This document shows, one piece after another, positions 45,367-53,467 of a stretch of 64,000 nucleotides of DNA (the first letter of the stretch is position 1; every line of letters begins with the position of its first letter). The position numbers were made by a program, and so were the translations under genes. Below the pieces are notes generated by a model. That model saw only the letters and a program-made list of their open reading frames with translations, was not told the origin of the DNA and ran no database searches. Origin of the DNA: an uncultured Christensenellaceae bacterium. GTDB lineage: Bacteria; Bacillota; Clostridia; Christensenellales; Aristaeellaceae. The stretch covers positions 9,915-73,914 of the forward strand of contig CAJOJQ010000032.1 of the NCBI GenBank assembly GCA_905234985.1. Reading direction: 5' to 3'.

Positions 45367-46689
45367 CTATCGTTCCTGAAGCTGCTGCGTCAGGTCGCTG
45401 ACCAGGGTGGTGAGGGCGGGGGAGGTTTTCATATCACCGGATACCTTCTGGCAGGCGTGGTTCACGGTGGAATGGTCGCGCCCGCCGAAGGAATCGCCGA
45501 TGAGGGTCAGGGGCGCGCCCACGATTTCCCTTGCGATATACATGGCGATCTGCCGGGGCACGGCCACGTCGCGGCTGCGGCGGGGGCCTTTCAAATCGTC
45601 CACGGACACGCTGTAATAAGCGGCCACAGCCTCCATCACGTCGTCGCAGGTGACGCGGCGGGGTTCGGAGCGGGCGAAGATTTCCCGAAGCGCGTCCTCA
45701 GCCAGGCGCTGATCCACGGGCTTGCCCGTTAGGGAGGAATAGGCCACCAGGCGGGTGAGGCACCCTTCCAGCTCCCGCACGTTGTTGGAAACCCGCTCGG
45801 CGATCATGGTAAGGACGGCGTTATCCACTTTCATCAGTTCTTCATCGGCCTTCTGCCGAAGGATGGCCACCCGGGTCTCCAGGTCAGGCTTGGAAATATC
45901 GGCCACCAGGCCCCACTCAAAGCGGCTGCGGAGCCGTTCTTCTAACTTGGCGATTTCCCGGGGCGGCTTGTCCGAGGATAGGATGATCTGCTTTCCGGCG
46001 GTATGCAGGGCGTTGAAGGTGTGGAAAAATTCTTCCTGGGTGCCCGCTTTGCCAGTGAGGAACTGAATATCGTCCACCATCAGCACGTCGATGTTCCGGT
46101 ATTTTTCCCGGAACTCGGCCTGGGTCTTTTTGTTCAGGGAGTTCACCATTTCGTTCATGAACAGCTCGCAGGTGACGTACTTCACCCGCAGCGTGGGCTT
46201 CTGGGACAGCATGTAGTGCCCGATGGCGTGCATCAGGTGGGTCTTGCCCAGCCCCACGCCGCCGTAAATGAACAGGGGATTGTAAGCGTCCGCCGGGGAT
46301 TCCGCCACCGCCAGCGCCGCCGCGTGGGCAAAGCGGTTATTATTGCCCACCACGAAGGTGTCGAAGGTATACTTGGGGTTCAGGCTGCTGTCATCCGCCG
46401 GTTTTTCGCCAGGGGTCACGCCCGCCCGGTACTCATCCGCCTGGGCGGGGGTCAGGAAAATAGCCTTCAGGGGCCGTCCCGCCGCCTCGGACAGGGAATT
46501 GCTCACCAGCACGGCGTAGCGCGGCACCACGAACTGATGGTAGAAATCCGTTACCGCTTCGATAAAGAATTGATCGCCGGAAACGCCCAGCGGACGCAGG
46601 GCGGTGCGGATCCAGGTATTAAAGGTTACTTCCGTCATTTCCAGGTGCATGATCTGGCATGCCTGATCCCAAAGAGCCTGTTTATCCAA
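45367..46689 (-). CDS. dnaA: Chromosomal replication initiator protein DnaA
   Basis: 440 aa. ...NPLFIYGGVGLGKTHLMHAIG... and the C-terminal DnaA-box-binding ...IAMYIAREI...GGRDHSTV.... Confidence 0.95.
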   Translation of the reverse strand: MDKQALWDQACQIMHLEMTEVTFNTWIRTALRPLGVSGDQFFIEAVTDFYHQFVVPRYAVLVSNSLSEAAGRPLKAIFLTPAQADEYRAGVTPGEKPADDSSLNPKYTFDTFVVGNNNRFAHAAALAVAESPADAYNPLFIYGGVGLGKTHLMHAIGHYMLSQKPTLRVKYVTCELFMNEMVNSLNKKTQAEFREKYRNIDVLMVDDIQFLTGKAGTQEEFFHTFNALHTAGKQIILSSDKPPREIAKLEERLRSRFEWGLVADISKPDLETRVAILRQKADEELMKVDNAVLTMIAERVSNNVRELEGCLTRLVAYSSLTGKPVDQRLAEDALREIFARSEPRRVTCDDVMEAVAAYYSVSVDDLKGPRRSRDVAVPRQIAMYIAREIVGAPLTLIGDSFGGRDHSTVNHACQKVSGDMKTSPALTTLVSDLTQQLQER

Positions 46690-47150
46690 TGTGCGTCTCT
46701 CCGCTTCTGTTCCATGACTTGTGCATGTTTATTGGGGCGCAAGGCCGCGGCAAACGTGGAAAAAACAAAACCCGCCGGGCAAACGCCCAACGCGGGGTGT
46801 GGATAACTTTTTGTGGAAAACTTATCGTTCCCCAGCCGCTGCCTTATCATAGCAGATTTTCCGCCGTTTTTCAAGGGCGCTTTTGGGGGCCTCTCCGCGT
46901 TCGCGTTCATGCAGCCGGAAAAACTGTTGATAACTTTCCTCCGCTATCCCTTGTGGTACGTTCGCTTACGCACTACAAGCCATGGCGGAAAAGAAAGTTC
47001 GAGATAGAATTTTTATTCATTATTTGCATTTATATGCGCAATGTTCAGGGAAGATTCTTTCAAAAAACCTATTTTGACCCCCGCCCTGCGCCAATTTTCA
47101 AAAGGTGAAACAAAACCGTATCAAAGTGGAAAACATATGTAATGGAAATG
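46690..47150. other. Putative oriC (DnaA boxes plus AT-rich unwinding stretch)
   Basis: Perfect TGTGGATAA at 46798..46806. One-mismatch boxes at 46812..46820 (TGTGGAAAA) and 46925..46933 (TGTTGATAA). AT-rich run at about 47005..47075. Immediately upstream of dnaA. Confidence 0.6.
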
Positions 47151-47352
47151 AAAAATGTGTTCTTATTGATGCGGGGTACGTTGGGGGCGCTCCGCCCCCA
47201 AGCCCCCGACCAGGGGCGTGACGCCCCTGGACCCTCGCTTGCGGAAATATCTTGATGCTTTTGTACAAGTTATTTCGCCAGGTGTGGGTCCAGGGAGGTC
47301 ACCTCCCTGAGCGTCTTCCCCTTGCTTTTTTCGTCAGCAGCCTCCGTCCGGG

Positions 47353-47381
47353 TTGACAATTGGCAAAAATGGGCATATACT
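47353..47381 (+). promoter_or_regulatory. Promoter of the mgtE leader
   Basis: TTGACA-17 nt-TATACT. Confidence 0.6.
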
Positions 47382-47507
47382 GAAAACAGCAAAATACATG
47401 GGAGGTGACAGTCAATGGGCGACGGCGAGAGATGCACAGTGAGCGAAGGCGTGCCGCGATCGTGGACGGCGCGCTCGTTGGCGCGTCATTCATAATTCGG
47501 TTCGTCC

Positions 47508-47568
47508 CCCTCTTGCATCGCTGAACGTCGTAACAGCGGGAAAGGCATAGCACGAAGAGGGCTTTTTT
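47508..47568 (+). terminator. Leader terminator/attenuator upstream of mgtE
   Basis: CCCTCTT...(internal hairpin CGCTG/CAGCG)...AAGAGGG followed by CTTTTTT, about 60 nt before the mgtE start. Confidence 0.5.
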
Positions 47569-47630
47569 GCGTGCGTGCGTTTCCTATGATCTGCGGGTTC
47601 GTGTTCAAAAGAAAAGGGGAGGTGAATCCC

Positions 47631-49016
47631 ATGGAGTGGGAAGCCATTCAGAAACGCCTGAACGACCTGTTGGAGAAGGGGCGGCACGGCGAGCTTCGCG
47701 GAGCGATGATGATGCTCAACGAAGTGGACATCGCCCAATACATGGAAGGGCTGGATAAGGAAAAGCTGCTGCTGGTATTCCGCATCCTGCCCAAGGATAT
47801 TTCGGCGGACGTGTTCAGCTACATGTCCGACGAGCAGAAGCAGACACTGATCGAGTCCATCGGCGATCAGGAGATCCGCGCCCTGATCGACGATATGTTC
47901 CTGGACGACGCGGTGGACTTTTTGGAGGAAATGCCCTCCAGCGTGGTGCGGCGCGTATTGCAGACCACCGACACGGAAAAGCGCAACCTGATCAACCAGT
48001 TCCTGCGCTATCCCGATAATTCCGCCGGATCCCTGATGACCATCGAATACCTGGAATTTTTCAGCGACGTCACCGTTCGGGGAGCCATGGACATTATTCG
48101 CCGCGAGGGCCTGGACAAGGAAACCATTTACACCCTGTACATCGTCGACAGCACCCATCACCTGATCGGCACCCTGGCCCTGCGGAGAATGATCCTGGCC
48201 AGCGAGGACACGGTGCTGTCCGATATCATGGACCGCAATCCCGTATTCGTTCACACCCTGGACGACCAGGAAAAGGTCGCCGAGGTGGTGCGCCATTACG
48301 ACTTGATGGCTATTCCCGTGGTGGATAAGGAAGACCGATTGGTTGGTATCATCACGGCGGACGACATCATGGACGTCATCGAAGAAGAGACCACGGAAGA
48401 CTTTGAAAAGATGGCCGCTTTGACGCCGTCCGACGACGAATACCTGAAAACGTCCCCCTTCAAGCTGGCGCTGAACCGTATTCCCTGGCTGCTGGTCATG
48501 GCCATCATCGCCATTTTTACCGGCCTGATCATCACCCAGTACGAGGACGTGCTGCAGGCCACCGGCAGCGTGGGCATCATCCTCACCTCCTGCATCCCCA
48601 TGCTGATGGATACGGGCGGCAACTGCGGCGCGCAAAGCTCCACCCTGATCATCCGCGGCCTTTCCCTGGGTCAGATCACCTTGAAGGATTTCTTTAAGGC
48701 CCTGTGGAAGGAATTCCGGGTGGCGGTCATCGTGGGCGCGGTGCTGTTCGTGTTCACGCTGTTCCGGGTGAAGTTCATCAATCCCCTGTTCATGGAGGAC
48801 GGCAGCGGCATTACCTGGGCGGTGGCGTTCGTGGTGGCGGCGGCGCTGTTTGGCACCATCATGCTGGCGAAGGCCTTGGGCTGCGCTATGCCTATGCTGG
48901 CCAAGCGCCTGAAGCTGGACCCCGCCCTCATGGCCAGCCCCATGATCACCACCGTGGTGGATATGAGTTCCCTGTTCATTTATTTCTCGATTGCAAAGGC
49001 CGTATTAAAGATTTGA
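47631..49016 (+). CDS. mgtE: Magnesium transporter MgtE
   Basis: GGGGAGG-N8-ATG. MgtE N-domain, CBS pair, 5 TM segments with ...MDTGGNxGxQSST.... Confidence 0.92.
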   Translation: MEWEAIQKRLNDLLEKGRHGELRGAMMMLNEVDIAQYMEGLDKEKLLLVFRILPKDISADVFSYMSDEQKQTLIESIGDQEIRALIDDMFLDDAVDFLEEMPSSVVRRVLQTTDTEKRNLINQFLRYPDNSAGSLMTIEYLEFFSDVTVRGAMDIIRREGLDKETIYTLYIVDSTHHLIGTLALRRMILASEDTVLSDIMDRNPVFVHTLDDQEKVAEVVRHYDLMAIPVVDKEDRLVGIITADDIMDVIEEETTEDFEKMAALTPSDDEYLKTSPFKLALNRIPWLLVMAIIAIFTGLIITQYEDVLQATGSVGIILTSCIPMLMDTGGNCGAQSSTLIIRGLSLGQITLKDFFKALWKEFRVAVIVGAVLFVFTLFRVKFINPLFMEDGSGITWAVAFVVAAALFGTIMLAKALGCAMPMLAKRLKLDPALMASPMITTVVDMSSLFIYFSIAKAVLKI

Positions 49017-49040
49017 AAGGCTGGTATTCAGCAGGGTAAG

Positions 49041-49190
49041 AAAAGGCGCTTGAAGTCAGAGTTGAGAGCGGAGAGTTGAGAGTTGAGATGATATAGTGTT
49101 TCAAGAGAATCCTGTTTGATCGACTATATAAAATCTCAACTCTTCACTCTCAACGCTCAACTCTTTCGCTGACTGAAAGCGCCCCTTTTC
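49041..49190. repeat. Heptad-armed long hairpin element, GAGTTGA family (copy H4)
   Basis: AAAAGGCGCT..CAGAGTTGAGAGCGGAGAGTTGAGAGTTGAGAT / ATCTCAACTCTTCACTCTCAACGCTCAACTCT..AGCGCCCCTTTT. Loop carries GACTATATAAAA. Confidence 0.85.
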
Positions 49191-49212
49191 AATACTCTGG
49201 TTAAACAATGCT

Positions 49213-49989
49213 ATGAAAAAGGGATTTACAGAATTTCTGCGCTCCCTCCTGCCCCGCATGACGGCGCTGCCGGGGGAAATCAGCGTATACGGCAAGGATC
49301 TAAAAACCGATGAAAAATGGGCGTATCAGGCGGACATTTCCCTGGTGGCGGCAAGCGTGATCAAGCTGCCCATCTTGGTGGAAGCGTTTCGTCAGGCCCG
49401 GGACGGCCTGGTTTCCATGGACGAAAGCGTGTCCATTCGCCCGGAGCAGAAAATGCCCTCCTGCGGGGCGCTGACCTACCTGCACGACGGGCTGACCGTC
49501 ACCCTGCGGGACCTGTGTGTACTCATGATGATTGTCAGCGACAACACCGCCACTAATATCCTGATCCAGCGGCTGGGCATGGAAAACGTAAACGCCGGGA
49601 TGCGCAAATTGGGCCTTCAAAAATCCACCCTGCGCCGCCTGCTGTTCGATTCCGAGGCGTCTGCAAGGGGCCTGGAAAACACCGTCACGGCCTGGGAAAT
49701 GGGCCAATTGCTGGAAATGCTGTACAAGGGCGAATGCGTGTCTCCCGAGGCCGACGCGGAGATGCTGAGTATCCTTCGGGATCAGCGGCTCAACGGCAAA
49801 ATGCCCTTCTTCCTCCACAATCTAAAAATCGCCCACAAAACCGGCGAGGACGACGGCATCACCCATGACGTGGGCATTGTGTACGCCGACCATCCCCTAA
49901 TCCTGTGCTTCGCCTCCAACCATACCGACGTGCCCGCCTTTGAGCGCTTCATTCAGGACGCGGCGCGGGACTTTATTCAGTGGATATGA
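49213..49989 (+). CDS. Class A beta-lactamase-like serine hydrolase
   Basis: SVIK (SxxK), SDN and KTG motifs in canonical order. Confidence 0.78.
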   Translation: MKKGFTEFLRSLLPRMTALPGEISVYGKDLKTDEKWAYQADISLVAASVIKLPILVEAFRQARDGLVSMDESVSIRPEQKMPSCGALTYLHDGLTVTLRDLCVLMMIVSDNTATNILIQRLGMENVNAGMRKLGLQKSTLRRLLFDSEASARGLENTVTAWEMGQLLEMLYKGECVSPEADAEMLSILRDQRLNGKMPFFLHNLKIAHKTGEDDGITHDVGIVYADHPLILCFASNHTDVPAFERFIQDAARDFIQWI

Positions 49990-49998
49990 CATGCTATT

Positions 49999-50116
49999 AA
50001 GGTAGGAGGTAGGAAGTAGGAGGTTTATTTTGTGGAAACAAATACACAAAATTGGACTTGGTTCATTTTGGAGGACTATATAAAACCTCCTACTTCCTAC
50101 CTTCTACCTCCTACCT
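49999..50116. repeat. Heptad-armed long hairpin element, GTAGGAG family (copy H5)
   Basis: AAGGTAGGAGGTAGGAAGTAGGAGGT / ACCTCCTACTTCCTACCTTCTACCTCCTACCT. Loop is similar to H1 and ends in GGACTATATAAAA. Confidence 0.85.
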
Positions 50117-50152
50117 CTCCAAATTCCAATTAGTAAATCTTAGTGGTGTGAT

Positions 50153-50569
50153 ATGATTTTATTTGTATGTACGGGCAACACCTGCCGGAGTCCCATGGCC
50201 TGCGCCCTGGCACGGGCCGCCGGGGTGGACGCCCAATCCGCCGGGCTGCACGCCTTTCCCGGCGCGCCCGCCTCGCCCAAGGCCATTCGCGCCGCCAAGC
50301 TGTACGGGGCCGATCTCACGGGCCATAAGGCGCGCATGCTGGATGAAAGCATGCTGCGGGACGCGGAGGAAGTGTGGGTCATGACCGAGGCCCACGAAGC
50401 GATGCTGAACATGATGTTTCCCCAATACTCCCGCAAAATCAGCGTGCTTTGGCCCCCCATCCCCGACCCCTACGGCGGCGATGACAGGGACTATGAGAAG
50501 TGCGCTAAGAGGTTGATGGAAGCGATGCAAAGGGCGGGAATACTGCCGAAAGACAGAGTTGAGAGTTAA
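50153..50569 (+). CDS. Low-molecular-weight protein tyrosine/arginine phosphatase
   Basis: VCTGNTCRSPMA (CX5R-S) P-loop at the N-terminus. DPYG motif. Confidence 0.85.
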   Translation: MILFVCTGNTCRSPMACALARAAGVDAQSAGLHAFPGAPASPKAIRAAKLYGADLTGHKARMLDESMLRDAEEVWVMTEAHEAMLNMMFPQYSRKISVLWPPIPDPYGGDDRDYEKCAKRLMEAMQRAGILPKDRVES

Positions 50570-50655
50570 GAGTTGAGAGTTGAGATTTATATGGCCGGAA
50601 TATCCAGAATCTGCAATGTGCGGACCGCAATATCTCAACTCTCCGCTCTCAACTC
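50555..50655. repeat. Heptad-armed long hairpin element, GAGTTGA family (copy H6, loop inverted)
   Basis: AGAGTTGAGAGTTAAGAGTTGAGAGTTGAGAT / ATCTCAACTCTCCGCTCTCAACTC. The left arm overlaps the last 5 codons and the stop of the phosphatase gene. Confidence 0.8.
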
Positions 50656-50711
50656 GCCTTATCAAAAAGGACTGCCGCAACCGCGACAGCCCTTTTCATG
50701 ATATGCTTGTT

Positions 50712-52214
50712 TTAGTCCTCCCTGGCTTCCTGTTCCGCCTGAATTTCGGGGAAAGCGGAATACATGGGTTCCAGGTCGGGCTGTTTTTTGGTGATCTTGC
50801 GGTCGGAGTAGTTCTTGGTGATCCTCACCACCAGGCCGCTCAAGCACACCACGCCGATCAGGTTGGGGATGGCCATGAGGCCGTTGAAGGTATCGGAGAG
50901 GTCGATAGCCAGGGACACGTCGATGATCGCGCCCACAGCGACCATGGCGATGAAAGCGATTTTATAGGCCAGGGTGGATTTGGTGCCGAAGAGGTATTCC
51001 CAGGCCTTGGTGCCGTAGTAGCTCCAGCCTAAGATGGTGGTGAAGGCGAACAGGCACACGGCTACGGACAGGAACACGCCGCCGAAGGTGCCGAAGGTCT
51101 TGGTAAAGGCTTCCGTCGCCAGACCTAACTTGGTCGCGCCGGAGAGGGACGCGCCGGTTTCCATGTCCACCACGCCGGAGGTGAGGATCACCAGGGCGGT
51201 GCAGGTACACACGATGATGGTATCAGCGAACACTTCAAAGATGCCCCACAGGCCCTGCACCACCGGCTCCTTCACGTTGGAGGCGGAGTGTACCATGACG
51301 GAGGAGCCGAGGCCCGCTTCGTTGGAGAACACGCCGCGCTTGAAGCCCCAGGTCATGGCCTGGGCGATGATGGCGCCGCCCACGCCGCCGGCGGCGGACT
51401 TGAAGTTGAACGCGCCCGCGAAAATCGCGCCGAAAGCGGCGGGCACCTTGGCGATGTTCAGGATGATGATGATCAGGGAGCCAATGACGAAGAACACGGC
51501 CATGAAGGGCACGATGCGCTCGTTGGTGGTGGCGATGCGCTTGAGGCCGCCCAAGATCACCAGGGACGCCAGCACGATGATCACCAGGGCGGTGAACAGG
51601 TTCACGGTGGTGGGTTCCACGGGGATCAGGGTGTTGATGCTCTCGGTGATGGAAACCACCTGGCCCATGTTGCCGATGCCGAAGGAGGCGATGACGGCAA
51701 AGAATGAGAACAGGGCCGCCAGTACCGTGCCGGCCGCCTTGCCGTACTTCATCTTGCCCACGCCGTCTTTCAGGTAGTACATGGCGCCGCCGCTCCATTC
51801 GCCTTTTTCGTTCCGGCGGCGGAAGAAGATGCCCAGCACGTTTTCGGAATAGTTGGTCATCATGCCCACGATGGCGGCGATCCACATCCAGAACACGGCG
51901 CCGGGGCCGCCCATGGTGATGGCGTAGGCCACGCCCGCGATGTTGCCCGTGCCGATGGTGGCGGACAGGGCGGTGCATAGGGACTGGAACTGGGAAATGG
52001 AATGCTTATCCTTGCTTTGGGTAATGCTCTTGTTGCTGAACAGGCCGCCGATGGTGTTTTTCCACATGTGGCCAAAGCGCCGGAACTGGAAGAATTTCGT
52101 CAGTACCGTCATCAGCACGCCGGTGCCGATGAGCAGAACCAGGGCGGGTACGCCCCATACGATGCCGTTTACCGCGTCGTTGACCGATGCGATGTTCTGG
52201 GTGATGCTGTCCAT
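50712..52214 (-). CDS. Alanine/glycine:cation symporter (AGCS family)
   Basis: ATG at 52214. ...FxSxxTALSATIGTGNIAGVAxAIxxGGPGAxFWMW.... Confidence 0.88.
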   Translation of the reverse strand: MDSITQNIASVNDAVNGIVWGVPALVLLIGTGVLMTVLTKFFQFRRFGHMWKNTIGGLFSNKSITQSKDKHSISQFQSLCTALSATIGTGNIAGVAYAITMGGPGAVFWMWIAAIVGMMTNYSENVLGIFFRRRNEKGEWSGGAMYYLKDGVGKMKYGKAAGTVLAALFSFFAVIASFGIGNMGQVVSITESINTLIPVEPTTVNLFTALVIIVLASLVILGGLKRIATTNERIVPFMAVFFVIGSLIIIILNIAKVPAAFGAIFAGAFNFKSAAGGVGGAIIAQAMTWGFKRGVFSNEAGLGSSVMVHSASNVKEPVVQGLWGIFEVFADTIIVCTCTALVILTSGVVDMETGASLSGATKLGLATEAFTKTFGTFGGVFLSVAVCLFAFTTILGWSYYGTKAWEYLFGTKSTLAYKIAFIAMVAVGAIIDVSLAIDLSDTFNGLMAIPNLIGVVCLSGLVVRITKNYSDRKITKKQPDLEPMYSAFPEIQAEQEARED

Positions 52215-52322
52215 GATGCACGATCCTTTCCAAATGAGAATAAAAAGAAGAGCCCGCCGAAGCAAAGCTCCCTCAAACCAATGCGACAAAACGATTTCGA
52301 TCCAAAACGGAAAGGATCGTCG

Positions 52323-52488
52323 CCTCTGTCCTTTTGCCTGAGAGATTAGCCCTTTTCGGGCTTTGCACCTTCGGCCCCCGGTCTTTCTCCGGGCTTCTCC
52401 AGAGTGTCATCCGCATACAGTCCCGCCGCCCTTGGCAGCGCCTGAGAGTGTTGCTCCTTCGGCTATCCTTTGGGATATTTCCTGCATG
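52323..52488 (-). ncRNA. Tandem glycine riboswitch
   Basis: Minus strand, aptamer I: CAUGCAG-GAAA-UAUCC..GGAUA-GCCGAAGGAGCAAC-ACUCUCAGGC..GGGACUGUAUG. Aptamer II: CUCUGGAGA..GCCGAAGGUGCAA..CUCUCAGGCAAAAGGACAGAG. Upstream of an AGCS transporter gene. Confidence 0.8.
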
Positions 52489-52506
52489 CTTCGCATGACA
52501 GAATGT

Positions 52507-52535
52507 ATTTTACTATACAGAAAAACACCGGTCAA
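52507..52535 (-). promoter_or_regulatory. Promoter of the glycine-riboswitch transcript
   Basis: Minus strand TTGACC-17 nt-TAAAAT. Confidence 0.55.
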
Positions 52536-52554
52536 GAGGAAAAGGCCCTTGACC
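52521..52554 (-). terminator. Intrinsic terminator after the ATPase cassette
   Basis: Minus strand GGTCAAG-GGCCTTTTCCT-CTTGACC-GGTGTTTTT. Confidence 0.7.
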
Positions 52555-52608
52555 GATGTTTTTTCCCTGTACTGCGCTGTCATTGAGGCGTCGCGGACGA
52601 TACCGCGA

Positions 52609-53037
52609 TCAGAAAGCATGCTTCAGGGAAAACTTGGTTTTCCCGTCGGCGGTCGAGCTGTCCAACTCCATCATATCTTCCTGGCTGAGCATCAGCCCCG
52701 TTGGGTTTCTGCCGATCAGGATATACTGATTTTTCCCATCCGTGGCAATATACCAGCGCATGGCGTCGTCCAGAAGAATGTCGGCGTTGTCGATAATAAA
52801 CAGTTTTTCTTTTGAGCGCTTGATGGAGGTCTTATATCCCTTTTTCTGGTCAAGATAATTGAAGCACAGGATGGACTTGTTTTCCGCCGCCATTTCCTGA
52901 AGGAAGGAATAAACGGCGGATTTCCCTGTGCCCGAATCCCCGATGATAAAGGTGACGTTGTTTTCGATGGCAAAATCGACTTCAAACGACGTATGATTCG
53001 TTTGAATCCGGTCAAACAGGATCGGTTTCATTTTCAT
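52609..53037 (-). CDS. Minimal P-loop ATPase (142 aa)
   Basis: Walker A GDSGTGKS and Walker B KLFIIDNAD. 26-nt overlap with the upstream gene. Confidence 0.65.
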   Translation of the reverse strand: MKMKPILFDRIQTNHTSFEVDFAIENNVTFIIGDSGTGKSAVYSFLQEMAAENKSILCFNYLDQKKGYKTSIKRSKEKLFIIDNADILLDDAMRWYIATDGKNQYILIGRNPTGLMLSQEDMMELDSSTADGKTKFSLKHAF

Positions 53038-53467
53038 TCGCCCACCACGCCTTCAATTCCTCGTAGGAGTCGATCTCACGAACGCCCTTTTTGCCGCCGA
53101 TCTTCACTTTCTCCATTTCAAACGAAATGAGCGGGTAATCGCAGTATACGTTTCCGCACGGCAAAGCGTAAATCACATCCAGCGCGTTGTCGCCGCATTC
53201 CCGGATATCAAACACCTTGTCCTGATTGTACAGCACGTTCAGGGCCGTCTTGCATCCGGTGGAAAGCTTATCAATGTTTAACGCCATACCGTCGAACCTT
53301 GAACGGATTTGGAACGGACTGAGCAGCTCGGAATGGTCGATCCTTCGGATGATTTCCGCCGCCCTGCCGTCAAGACGCAGCGCGGTGCTTTTGTTAAAGA
53401 ACAGATCGTTTAGAGCAACCAGCTCCAAACTTTTGGGCACCGTCCCTTTTTTATAAACCGTGATCAT
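53012..53467 (-). CDS. ABC-signature-like small protein (recalls DUF4869; unverified)
   Basis: ...DKLSTGCKTALNVL...VFDIRECGDNALD..., i.e. an LSGGQ-like motif plus an acidic Walker-B/D-loop-like motif without a P-loop. Confidence 0.55.
   Translation of the reverse strand: MITVYKKGTVPKSLELVALNDLFFNKSTALRLDGRAAEIIRRIDHSELLSPFQIRSRFDGMALNIDKLSTGCKTALNVLYNQDKVFDIRECGDNALDVIYALPCGNVYCDYPLISFEMEKVKIGGKKGVREIDSYEELKAWWANENETDPV

Noticed and set aside
47385-47568. Canonical M-box (ykoK) riboswitch upstream of mgtE.
   Set aside because: Only short partial matches were found. The conserved GUUAGGUGAGGC, GACGCUAAUGGG and ACAGUGCUAAAGCUC blocks are absent at the right spacing. It is kept only as an unclassified terminated leader.
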